A stretch of DNA of 64,000 nucleotides from Pelagomonas calceolata (taxonomy: Eukaryota): positions 4,092,001 through 4,156,000 of the forward strand of contig CAKKNE010000004.1 in the NCBI GenBank assembly GCA_918797485.1, given 5' to 3'. Positions 10,401 to 19,536 of the stretch are shown one piece after another; the first letter of the stretch is position 1; each line of letters opens with the position of its first letter. Under the pieces are notes generated by a model that worked only from the letters and a program-made list of their open reading frames with translations, ran no database searches and was not told where the DNA came from. The position numbers were made by a program, and so were the translations under genes.

Positions 10401-11925
10401 CGACCCGGCCTTGATAGAAGCGATTCTCGATGACGGCGATGCCTTGGATCAAGCTTTAAGAAGGGGCGCGCCGGGCGTGAGACTGGTCATTTACGAGGTT
10501 GCTGATGTCGAAGATGCTATTCCAGCAAGGTGTGCGCGGGCGGCGTCTCCCGCAACTTCCGAGGATCTGACGGCACGCGGGTCGTCGGAAGACCTCGAAG
10601 CATCCATCGATCCGGACCAGCGGTGCGTCGTGCGCGTGTCGTTGCGAGCTTTAGTTGACATGAGTGAGGAGGACGGGCTCTACTTTCTGTCGTCGGCGAC
10701 GCCCGAGTTGCTCGGGGCGCCCTTCGCCGTGCGGTTGTCTCGTCGAGCGTCCTCTTGTAAGCTCTACGAGGCGGTCTGGAGTCATATCAAGAGGTACCTA
10801 GCAGACGTCCCGGACGAGGTCGAGGGGCGACGAAGGTACCCCTTTTTGTTGAGACGGTGTTTGAGCACGGACGAGGATCCGGTCGTGCCGCCGCGACGAG
10901 ACAGGAGGTGTGGTGAAATAATCACGGAGGAGGACGATGCGAGTGTAGAGATCCCGTTCCCCGAGCTGCGAGACGGCGAGCTCTTCGTGGCCGATCTAGC
11001 GGATGCGGCGCGCGATCGCTTCGCGAAGGGTGACAGAGTAGTGTCCTACGCCCGCTCCCACGCGAGCATGGAGGGCGAGGACGCCACGAGCGCGTTGCGC
11101 GACGACGCGGACCGCGGCGACAACTCGTCGCTCAAAGACTGCTTTAGAGTAGCGTTGGGCGCCCAGGACGTGCAACGACGATCGCAGAAGACAGAAAAAG
11201 ATGAAACTTGGCGCGGGTCTCGTACGTTATGTGCCTTACCACCTGTCTTGGTGGTGCACCTCAAACGCTTCGGCGAGACCGGTGGTGGGAGACGAGTTAA
11301 ACGTACAGCTAGGGTCGACTTTCCCCTGGATGACTTGGATCTCGGAGCTTTTTCAGGATCGCACCTGCAGGACGAGGAGGCGTGTGTGTATGACTTAGTT
11401 GCTACCGTTGATCATTTAGGAGGCTTAAATGGGGGCCACTACACGGCGGCGTGTCGCGTGACGCGAGACGGCGTCTGTGCGCGGGGCGACGCGTGGGTAC
11501 GGTGTGACGACCGGTGCGTATCGCCCTTAGATGCTGACAAAGTCGTAGCTCCGTCGGCCTACGTCTTGGTTTATTTGCGACGCGGGGCTTCTCCGGAGTT
11601 GATTCGAGAGGCGTTACCACGTAGGGAGGAGGATTCGGTTGACGTGTCCGCCTTGTTGGCTGGTGTCACTAAATCAAGACGGTCTCGCTCTACTTCTGCC
11701 CGGCCCGTGAAGCCGGAGGAGCCCTCTACAGAAGACGTGAAGCCGATCACGCTCAAACGGCGATTATTAAACACCATGGGCTTCACGAAGACGCCGCGGG
11801 AGCGGTCGTCGTCCGAGGACTCTAAGTCCGAACCGGTGGAGGCCGTCGTCGTCCCGGCATCTGACGCCGTGGAGGGCGTCGTCGTCGGCGATGAGCCCCC
11901 TCCGCTGACTTCTCTGGAGGCATAA
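7492..11925 (+). CDS. USP-family deubiquitinase with EF-hand, DUSP and PDZ-like domains (USP32-like architecture)
   Basis: Cys box GLCNLGNTCYMNATLQAL, QQDAFEFL, LVVHLKRF, His box HLGGLNGGHYTA, WVRCDD; EF hand DKDKDGLISKSEF; DUSP YVISRRWLDDW...EWQALKGWYG. Confidence 0.92.
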   Translation: MQLARTASMRPFSRRSSKKKQKDAAETALVAAFARLCTVEASRNEQKPRSLFDLSTDEPRLSSDLFASCVLGEFDGGLPKSLAEVVVRACDKDKDGLISKSEFAKAVKIARRGDAKQRLALVFDGSRDKDASEIVALAKQIVGRGANDAELADRVAAALGEAFKGSSRLSRKKFDEAVDELPEEDRERASEACARVLCPAARGDGVVPAVRKRSDSFRSSRFPVAPRVEIKTAPARRREVPRHQKPSSLVDTQVEPDPETARYRPERAAADRLWRVLRKRSASGAVDATVVASALRVEDVSQLFGDRDVLHRRDFVDTIAPLLKLSSSAPLRSNARRAAFVEPGDARPGSALLERDVYQSLSSDSTPVTGDCRYVISRRWLDDWESYAGVSTGRPRGPSTLIFPEKTLGFTLGLSNGALVVRSVKPSCAHSRTLSIGAALTHLNDVRVVCEDENEFTSLLSSLKQAERPLKLTFGGLDDALSPRPRRGADRPFTIRNADLLEAKEITDSPESPARLLRHLQQGRDYELLSQDEWQALKGWYGADATLQRFYVDDEAEPMLELYPCFVDVVDGDDETVLTTLQCSLRDPLRRVARKVREAVEQHRGTSIVAHAPVYLRTAQLNDERRVDDEGSVTSEPKRRSKSPARLEDTLEAIVENEDRAWARVDDDEKRKSPRKSRRRYRFWPSSSSKKDDNGEARGLCNLGNTCYMNATLQALAAAPPLRTYFASGEYAFDLNTESKYSPKGVLAAAFGDLVSALQEKKGGAFRPNRFRRVVGRYDATFAGYRQQDAFEFLAKLVEGLGDDLSGRGSESKPYYENPQLVNSECDIDAVISSDDPSLRKAASVEETEALIAAKCLEHERLRHDHFVSYSLLGQTRYQLECEKTNESLVCYEQWTALTVNLPHGQPRLDVFCRVSFAANRAWPIDVRVELQQKQHAVIGDVLDALANLEDLAENKLERSRLVACRIDDDDPALIEAILDDGDALDQALRRGAPGVRLVIYEVADVEDAIPARCARAASPATSEDLTARGSSEDLEASIDPDQRCVVRVSLRALVDMSEEDGLYFLSSATPELLGAPFAVRLSRRASSCKLYEAVWSHIKRYLADVPDEVEGRRRYPFLLRRCLSTDEDPVVPPRRDRRCGEIITEEDDASVEIPFPELRDGELFVADLADAARDRFAKGDRVVSYARSHASMEGEDATSALRDDADRGDNSSLKDCFRVALGAQDVQRRSQKTEKDETWRGSRTLCALPPVLVVHLKRFGETGGGRRVKRTARVDFPLDDLDLGAFSGSHLQDEEACVYDLVATVDHLGGLNGGHYTAACRVTRDGVCARGDAWVRCDDRCVSPLDADKVVAPSAYVLVYLRRGASPELIREALPRREEDSVDVSALLAGVTKSRRSRSTSARPVKPEEPSTEDVKPITLKRRLLNTMGFTKTPRERSSSEDSKSEPVEAVVVPASDAVEGVVVGDEPPPLTSLEA

Positions 11926-12006
11926 CTTTTGTATATTTATTAGTCCTCGCCGACGGCGTGGCATCGGCGCCCCCCACGCCATCGCCGCGACGTGCCTCGA
12001 CGCTAG

Positions 12007-13768
12007 CTAGCACCCGTTGCACCGGTCGAAGAGCTCGAACTCCTTGACCTTCTCGTCCATGGTCTTGATGCTCGCCCAGCCGCCCATGCCGAGCCCAAGG
12101 ACGAGTATAATCAATATAAAGACCCAGTTCATGACCTTGACCGTGCTCACGTTAAGGCCGAGGGCGATCGGCTTCGGCATCTGTTTGATGCGCTCGTCCG
12201 AATTATAATAGAGGTTCCAGGCCAGCGCCGGGATGAGGAAGCTGCCAAACGTCGTCGTGAAGGCGCCGAGCACCTGCGTGGGACACGCGTCCACCCCCAC
12301 GCCATGCGACGTCTGCGGGTTCTACACCGAGCCGCACCGAGTTGATGACGCCGAAGAACGGGAACATGACCGCGAATAAGACCATGAACGCGTTGACTAC
12401 GTAGCGCGACGCCGTCCGGACCAGGTAGTGCGACTTATCGACGTGCAGGAATTTTTCCCACATGTGCCAGAGCGGTCCGGCGAACAAACCGAAGGCCACG
12501 AATTCGTGGAAACACATGAGCCCGACGCCGATGTCTCTAGCGGGCGACTTCGCGTACATGTAGAAGCCGTTCGCGTGGTGCTGCGCCTCGCGACCGAAGG
12601 TATGGAAGCCAGTTATGCCCGTCGGCAGCGTGATGACATAGACGTATATCGTAGCGAGGGCGTATGCGTAGTCATAGATCTTTGGGTTGTCCATCACCTG
12701 TGCACAAATCAACCAGTAAGTCGGGTGCTCGGCGAGAACGTGATCGCGCAGGCTGAATCGAGCGGAGAGAGACCGCACCGCCACGCCATCGAGCTGGCGT
12801 CGCGTAGATGGCGTGGAGGCCGTGATTCAGCCGTGGCGGAGACGCGCGGCGACGGTTTGATTTATGCACTGCCAGTCGCGTCGGCCTTCTCGATGGCAGC
12901 CGTGTGGCCGCCGAACATAAACAGTAAATCGCTGAACCCCGTGAAGAACTTCTGCTTGCGCGTCGGGCTGTCGTGCGAGACGCCTCCGTTCGGGCCGCGC
13001 GAGATGGCGTTGAACGTGAGGAAGCCTGCGATGCGTCGACTCGTCCCCAATACGTCGACGCGATTCCCCCAGTGACACCGCGAACGCGCAAGCCGTATAA
13101 AACGTGGCGATGAGGCCCACGAGGACGAAGAGGCGGTAGTGCCGGAACGTCGGCAGGAATGAGAGCAGAGAAAACACAGCGCCACAGATGATCGCATAGG
13201 TACGCGTCGGCAGCGACTCGTTCAATAAATAGAGATTGGACGCCGTCGAGAGGATCTGCGCGACGGTCAAGCCTAGTAAAGCCAGGAAGACGATGACGAC
13301 CGAGAAGCGGCCCCACCATTTATTCATGAGGTAGCCAAATACTTCGTGGTAGGACGCGATGTAGTCCTCGTCGCCGTGGCGCGGGTGCTCCTTGTCCTGC
13401 GCCAGGCGCATGCGGTACTCGGCGTGGAGCGCAATCAATAGATGTTGCGTCCACATTGAGATTAATGAGAGCCCCAGCAGCGACGTTATGGCCCACCCGT
13501 AGCCCATCAGGCTAAACGCCCACGGCAGCGTCAATAACGACTGGCCGACCTGCTGCGAAGCCTCCATCAGGAACGCGTCGAAGATCGTGCCGCCCTCGCC
13601 GAAGCGCGCCCACCAGCCGGCTAAGCCGCCTTGTGCCTTCTCGCGCGTTTCGAGCGACGACCGCGATAAATAGAAGGGTTTCGACGAGCGCCTTCGCGAC
13701 TCCACATCGGTTCCGAGGAGCGAGTCGTGCTCCGACGGGAAGCATGCGGCTATGTCGGCCGACGACAT
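12007..13768 (-). CDS. AUX1/LAX-like amino acid/auxin permease, 4 exons: 13768-13090, 13025-12880, 12697-12338, 12273-12007
   Basis: Motifs QVGQSLLTLPWAFS, FGGH, FHEFVAFG...PLWHMWEK, FPFFGVINSVLGA, GMGGWAS and terminal LFDRCNGC parallel plant AUX1/LAX motifs. Three introns join four ORF fragments in frame. Confidence 0.85.
12274..12337 (-). other. GT-AG intron (64 bp) in AUX1/LAX-like gene
   Basis: GTGCGG...CCACGCAG joins GVINS|VLGAF. Carries the atggcgtgg introner core motif. Confidence 0.85.
12698..12879 (-). mobile_element. Introner-derived GC-AG intron (182 bp), subfamily with asymmetric ends
   Basis: + strand ends ctgtgcacaaatcaacc...ggtttgatttatgcactg; internal ccacgccatc...gatggcgtgg hairpin; GC donor 8 nt outside the TIR; joins IEKAD|VMDNPK. 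Confidence 0.8.
13026..13089 (-). other. GC-AG intron (64 bp) in AUX1/LAX-like gene
   Basis: GCGCGT...CATCGCAG joins YTAC|FLTFN in frame; internal inverted repeat gcgtcgac/gtcgacgc. Confidence 0.7.
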
Positions 13769-13953
13769 GATTGGTGGCTCCGGCAAGCTTCACAGTTCTT
13801 TCTTTGGCGAGAGATTCCTAGTTATTCCTGGGGCAAATTGTTGTCAACTCGGGCTTTCCTGCAACGCGGCAGACTGCTTTTGGTCGTTTTTAATTGATCC
13901 ACCCGCCTCTACTGCTCGTTAAGGCTCTGGCAAAAGCTCTGCGGTTCCAGGTT

Positions 13954-13976
13954 GCTAGCACCTGTAAGACACTAGC
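13954..13976 (+). promoter_or_regulatory. Conserved intergenic motif copy 2
   Basis: gctagcacctgtaagacactagc between divergent ATGs 13768 and 14207. Confidence 0.65.
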
Positions 13977-14206
13977 CAGCAAGCTCCTCGGCTGCAGCTG
14001 CATCGCTAGTTTTAAAGAGATTGCAGTACGCGTTAAGAGCCAAAACCACTGCATTAGTGCACCAGCAGCTGTGACATTGCCGCGCACAACTCCTGCCCGT
14101 GCGCGCCTAGGCAACCTTGCGCCACCCAGCCTTGCAGCCTCGCGCTGCACTGCTCTGCAACTGCAGCCGCGCGCACGGACGAGCAAACTATAACGCATTC
14201 ACACCA

Positions 14207-15094
14207 ATGGCCGGCCTCCAGGAAGTCCTCACCGCATCTACAAGCGGCCAAAAGCAGATCTGGACGCTGCTGCTCGAAGGCGACGCCACGCGACCAGCCG
14301 AGACGAGAGAGAGTGACTCTGTGGACGGGCTGCTCGAAACGGCTGCAGCATGCGTAAACTGCGCACCCACGGCCCTGAAGGTCCACGTCCTGCTCCCCGG
14401 CGGCGACGGCGAAGGGACCGTCGCGGGCGGCGACGCCGTCGTGCTTTTTCACGGCAAAGATGGTGCGCCGAACGCCAAGGCCACGGCGTTGCTGGTGGCC
14501 ACCGGCGCGCAGGACGCCGCGGTGACCGGAGCGGCCTGCGTCGCGCGATTTAAGCATGACCTCGCGAATCCTTTGTCAGTATCGTTGGGAAACGAGACGG
14601 CGCCGGCCTTTCTAGCTGAGAGGTGCTGGTTGCAACGAGCGCGGGGTGACACGAAACCAAAAGTACCATCGCCTTTCCCTGCGGATGCGCGAAAGGCGGT
14701 CCTCGCCCAATTGCTCGCGGCGCGAGCGGCGGAATTAGAAAGACGGAAGGCAGCACCGGGCAATGCGCCACAGGACGTCAAGAACACCGGTGGAAGGGTG
14801 CGGTGGACCAACGCGAAGAACGACGTCCACGTTGCCGCGCAACTGCCGGCGGGGACCAAAAGAGGCCACTGCCGCGTCGTCATCGAACCCACGTCCCTCT
14901 CCATTAAAGTGGGCGAGGTCGACGCTTCTGGTCAATTTAGACTGGCGAGTTTGGTCGACGGCGTTTTATTTCAGGAGGTCGATCCTACTCAATCGCGATG
15001 GGACTTCGTGGAAGCGACGGCCATGGGCACGGCCGAGCTCCAGGTCACGCTACGGAAGAAGCAGGCCATGCGCTGGCTCATGCTCGTGCGGTAG
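14207..15094 (+). CDS. CS (p23/NudC-like) domain protein
   Basis: C-terminal VRWTNAKNDVHVAAQLP...VVIEPTSLSIKV...GVLFQEVDPTQSRW...LQVTLRK matches the CS domain. Confidence 0.75.
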   Translation: MAGLQEVLTASTSGQKQIWTLLLEGDATRPAETRESDSVDGLLETAAACVNCAPTALKVHVLLPGGDGEGTVAGGDAVVLFHGKDGAPNAKATALLVATGAQDAAVTGAACVARFKHDLANPLSVSLGNETAPAFLAERCWLQRARGDTKPKVPSPFPADARKAVLAQLLAARAAELERRKAAPGNAPQDVKNTGGRVRWTNAKNDVHVAAQLPAGTKRGHCRVVIEPTSLSIKVGEVDASGQFRLASLVDGVLFQEVDPTQSRWDFVEATAMGTAELQVTLRKKQAMRWLMLVR

Positions 15095-15408
15095 TGCTGT
15101 CTCAGTGTGTTATTTTATTTGACGTCGCGTTTTCATCGAAGCCGTGCCGGGCGTTTCATGCTCGTGTACCGGTCAATATGGACGCCAGAGCCACCGTCCA
15201 AAAGGGACGAGGCGCGCATATGGGTGTGAGACGCCCGGGGCCTCTTCCCACCCCCGTCCCCTAATTATTGCGCGCGCAGGTATCGAGCAGGCGTCGCGTC
15301 GACGGCGTGTGGAGGTGGTGCCGCCCTTAGTAGACATGTGATAACAACAATCAGACTTACTCTACCCCTTCTATACGCCGTCGACGCGACTCGTCACTCA
15401 CCCGCCGC

Positions 15409-17018
15409 TCATAACTTGCACAGACGCCCTTCCGGCGGGTCCGTAAGCTTCGGCGACGACGAGTCCAGCACCGTCAGCTCGACGGTGCCGCCGCCCCTCA
15501 GCTGGATCTCCTTCTTCGTGACGTACCGCAGGTCGGGCGGCGCCCAGCCAACACATAAAATGCGCTTCTGGCGCGTCGGCCAGGGCTGGTCCTGGGGGAC
15601 GTGCCTGCGTGATGTACGATGAGCGACGCCCCGCGAATTGAATCGCAGGCGAGCGATGGGAAAGGGCCTCGGCGAATGTAGGATATAGGCGTCCTCACTA
15701 GGAATCGGATTTCAAGTTTCTTTTTGTTTGGTCATCATCGGCCCCATGCTTTCGAGGGACGCTGGGCGACGCGCCCGAGCATCGGTCCCGACAAATGCTT
15801 GTCGATGATCGGCCGGACTTGCTGTAGAGCCTCCGGTAGCAAGTACATGATCAGTAGCGTGCATTCATCTAAAATCTTCCACACGTCCGGAGACGGCTGT
15901 GAACAGTCACATCTGATAAAGGTCGTCCTATGACCGACACCCCTTCTACGAGCTAGATCCTGGGCGCGCGCCACCAACTCAGCGTCGATATCCAATCCAT
16001 AACCTCTTTCAGCCCCGAGCTTCTGCACGGCCGTCGTCACAAACCTACCATCGCCGCAGCCCACGTCGCAGACCACATCTAGCGGCGTCAGCCAGGCGTA
16101 GGTCAAGGCTTCGCTCAACATACTGGGATCGGAGCCGACGTACGGCGCCAAGCTGTCGCCCTCGACCCAGCCCGGTAGCGGATTGTCCTCCTCCTCGTCG
16201 TCGGGCCAGGCCGGACAGTACTCTTCCGGGGCGATCCTCAGCCGCAAATTCCGCTGCGCGAACGTGCCCTGCGACGGCGTCGGTTCGGGCGGCAATGGCG
16301 CCGGCGGCGTCGGGCCCGGCCGCGGTTCATATATGACCACATCGATGACGTCGTTCTGCGCGAAGGAGGTCACGACGTTCCAGCCGCGCGCCTCCGCCAC
16401 GCACGCTAATGAAGGCCCGCCGACGCCCTCGATCCTGTTACATGAAATGACCACCAGCTTGCCCGACGGCGCTAGTAAACGTCGTACTTTCTCAAAATAA
16501 GCATCAATGGCTTGACGATTCTCGTGCATCGCCCGCAGCATCTCGTCGGAGCAGCCCACGTCCACTATAGCGTCGACGACTGCAACCGTGTCCCGCTCCG
16601 TCGACGAGAAGAGCTTCTCGACTTCATCACCATCAAACGCGCTCACGGCCATGCCCTTGTCGTCGACGATTTCCAGCTTCCTTTCCCTTTGAGAGTTGAA
16701 CGCGGGCCAGCGACATCTGATGGAGCGAGCCTCGGCGCCTTTCGGTGCTGCCGCGGAACCCACACCGACCGTCTCGCCGTTCGCTAATTCTAAAACACGC
16801 TGACAGCCTTCGAGGAGCGGTCTCAAACGAGGGTAGCACTCGCCGGCACCCCGCAGCGTCAGGAAATCATTACATTTGGCCGGTCTAGCGTAGTTGACGG
16901 GCAGCCACTTCATGTGCGGCGTCGACTTGTTGGCATCGCCCTCCTCGTAGGGGAAGGCCGGTCTTGGTAGACCGTACGCGGGGAGCGCCTCGCCGACGAG
17001 GGGGGCGAAGTTGGCCAT
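15409..17018 (-). CDS. Protein with two class I SAM-dependent methyltransferase domains, 2 exons: 17018-15775, 15604-15409
   Basis: First domain ends VRRLLAPSGKLVVISC; second has LAPYVGS, VVCDVGCGDGRFV, GLDIDAELV, MYLLPEAL. A GC-AG intron adds the exon ...KRILCVGWAPPDLRY... Confidence 0.75.
15605..15774 (-). other. GC-AG intron (170 bp) flanked by a direct repeat
   Basis: Intron start GCGCGTCGCCCAG versus next exon start GCACGTCCCCCAG (TSD-like); frame restored. Confidence 0.65.
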
Positions 17019-17361
17019 CGTTTTGTTCCGCTTGGTTTCACGCGCGCGCGGCGGCGGCGTCTAGGCGGCTGCTCCTCTTTCGCTGCGCACCGCGACGGCG
17101 TCGGGTTGCTAGCAGAGTGATGGTGCTGCAATGCAGAGCTGATACGCGCCGCGTCGGCCGGGAGCCGTACCGAGCGTTTGACAGCGATTTATGCTCGCCT
17201 GAAGCGGTCACGTCTGGGGCGTCCGGAGTTCTCTAGCGTCTCGCGTCGGCTTTTGCCTGGTCTAGGCAAGCCTGTGGCAGCTCGCTCTCCGTAGCTTTTG
17301 AGCAAATATCTCACGCCTACGCGCGGCAGCGATCGAACAGAAACGCTCTGAGCTAGCCACC

Positions 17362-18066
17362 ATGCCAAGGATACACCTCTCCTGCTTGCTCGGCACAGCT
17401 GCTGCGTTGCGGCCGCAGGTGACGCGGCGTAGCCTCTGTGGAGCTGCACCTGCGCTCGTCCTTGCGCCGCAGCTGTCGCGAGCAGCCGACGGCCCGACGG
17501 AGGCGCTGCTCCCGGAAGCCATCTACGCGGGCAACGACTGGATCGCGGACCGAAAACTCACGATCATCGAGGGCGACGCCGCCGCCGCGGAGACGGCCTG
17601 GCGGGCGCTCGGCGGCGCGGGCGCCTTCGAGGTGTTGCACAAGGAGAAGTACACCGCAGGCTTCAAGCCGACGAACGAAAAGATGTCGTTCAACAGCGAG
17701 AAGTTTCCGACCTGGGCGTCGACCGCCACCGGCACCGTTGCCGTCGACCGGAGCGTCGAGGTCGCGTCGCGCGGCGGCAAGAGCACTTCCCTTAAAAGCG
17801 CTGGTGTGAAGATCGAGGACATCGGGAGGGGTCAGATCGGGACCAAGGAACTGTTCGTCGCGGACGGCGTGGCCTTCTCCGTCGCGCGGGCGTACGAGCC
17901 GGCGCCCCTCGCGAAGATGTTCGGCATAAAAGAAGTGGTGACCACATTCGCCCTTGCGCCGGACGGCTCCGTCGGGACGGCGCCGACGTCTACCACGAAG
18001 TCGCGGCTCCACTACGAGAAGCCCGAGGTCGCGAAGAACCGACAAGAGGGTATTAAGTACTTCTAG
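17362..18066 (+). CDS. Hypothetical plastid/thylakoid-lumen-targeted protein
   Basis: Signal peptide (..TAAAL), twin-Arg TRRSL followed by a hydrophobic stretch ending SRA; GC3-rich codon usage. Confidence 0.6.
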   Translation: MPRIHLSCLLGTAAALRPQVTRRSLCGAAPALVLAPQLSRAADGPTEALLPEAIYAGNDWIADRKLTIIEGDAAAAETAWRALGGAGAFEVLHKEKYTAGFKPTNEKMSFNSEKFPTWASTATGTVAVDRSVEVASRGGKSTSLKSAGVKIEDIGRGQIGTKELFVADGVAFSVARAYEPAPLAKMFGIKEVVTTFALAPDGSVGTAPTSTTKSRLHYEKPEVAKNRQEGIKYF

Positions 18067-18093
18067 TAGGTCTTTGCGAATGTTACGAGCCTA

Positions 18094-19207
18094 TTACATC
18101 TTCTTCGCGGGCGCCGGCGCCGGCGCGGCGGCGGCGGCGGCGGCCTTCGTCTTAGACTTGGGCGCGGCGGCCATGGCCGACGACTTCTTGGCCGCAGGCT
18201 TGGCGGCGGGCTTCGACTTTTTAGCGGCCTTTTTCGGTGCCTACGATGGATAAAACATCATGAGTCGAAGCGTAGAGGGGGGCGGGGAGTCTAAAAGTGA
18301 TTCGTGCGCCGCAGGCGTACGGCCTTCTTCTTCGGCGCGCTCTTCTTCTTGGCCTGTGTGAGGACAATAGATGTGAACGTAGGACGAGGGCGTCTCCAGT
18401 TGATGGTGGGGGGCTGGCGTAGGTCTGGCGTAGGTCTGGCGTAGACTCCAGCAGCACGCCATCGACGCGACCATCGCAAATCAAGGTCCCGGACGCGCGA
18501 ACGCCAGCAGGGAGACGCCATCGAACAGGCGCCGTCGCGGAGACGCGTGGAGGCGGACGCGGGCGCGCACGGGGGCCTTTTTGGCGGCCTTCTTTTTCGG
18601 GGCCGCTTTCTTTGCTTTTTTCGGGGCGGCCTGCGCGTTAGGAACGAGTAGAGGAGCGAATAGGTCGTCTTCAGCTGACGAGGGCGTCTCCAGGTGATGG
18701 CGTGGGGCTGGCGTAGATTCAAGCAGCGCGCCATCGACGCGACGTGCGACAAGGCCCCGCGAGTAGGATCGGACGTCTGCGTGGCGCGCCGACGACGCGA
18801 AGGGGGCTCCGGACGCCGCGACACACCTTCTTCTTGGCCGGCGCTTTGGCTTTCGGCGCGGCCTTCTTCGCGGCCGGCTTGGCCTTCGCGGGCGCGGCGG
18901 CCTTCGCGGGCGCGGCAGCCGCCTTCTTGGGCGCGGCAGCGGCTTTAGATTGCACCTGCTTGCTCTGGCGGCAGACCTCGGACGTGGGGGCCGCGGCGCA
19001 GATGCCCGTGTCCTTGGCGGCGAACGCGGCCTCGGGCGTGAGCACGGCGCCGGCGAGCGCCAGGGACGTGGCGAGCGTCGCCGCGGCCTTCGCGCCGGCG
19101 TCGAACTTGCTGGCCTGCAGCTGCGTCCCCGGGCGCGGCGCGACGGCGGGCGCAAAGGCCGAGGCGCTGCCCACGAGGGCTGCGAGAGCGAGGATAATGC
19201 GGTTCAT
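18094..19207 (-). CDS. Plastid/lumen-targeted small protein with C-x3-PT-x3-C motif and Lys/Ala/Pro-rich tail, 4 exons: 19207-18827, 18630-18571, 18353-18321, 18240-18094
   Basis: MNRIILALAALVGSASAFAP (ASAFAP motif), second hydrophobic signal ending AAFA, ICAAAPTSEVC. Three phase-0 GT-AG introns (18631-18826, 18354-18570, 18241-18320) keep the frame to TAA. Confidence 0.75.
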
Positions 19208-19536
19208 GCTGCACGAATTGATAAAGGGAGTAGAAATGAGGAGTTTGTGCAAAATCTGTAAGATTGCACAGCCTTTTACGGTCGATACGGAGGCGATTTT
19301 AGCTAGCCAAAGATCCCGCTGTACGCATGCGCCCGCCGGAGACGAGCGACCAATACGCGTCATCTTCGTTGCCAGGACTCCTAGCAGCGGTCGCCGACGG
19401 ATACAACCGCGCGAGCCGCGACGGCACGAAACGAACGCGACGCGGCGACGCGGGAGCACTCCGATCCTTCGGGTCCAAGGACCGGGAGAAGCACCGGATC
19501 AAGCTTCAATCAACTCAAAAAACCACAAGAAGCTTA

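Noticed and set aside
18094..18960. Histone H1 call for the K/A/P-rich protein
   Set aside because: No winged-helix globular domain; the N-terminus is a plastid/lumen targeting sequence.
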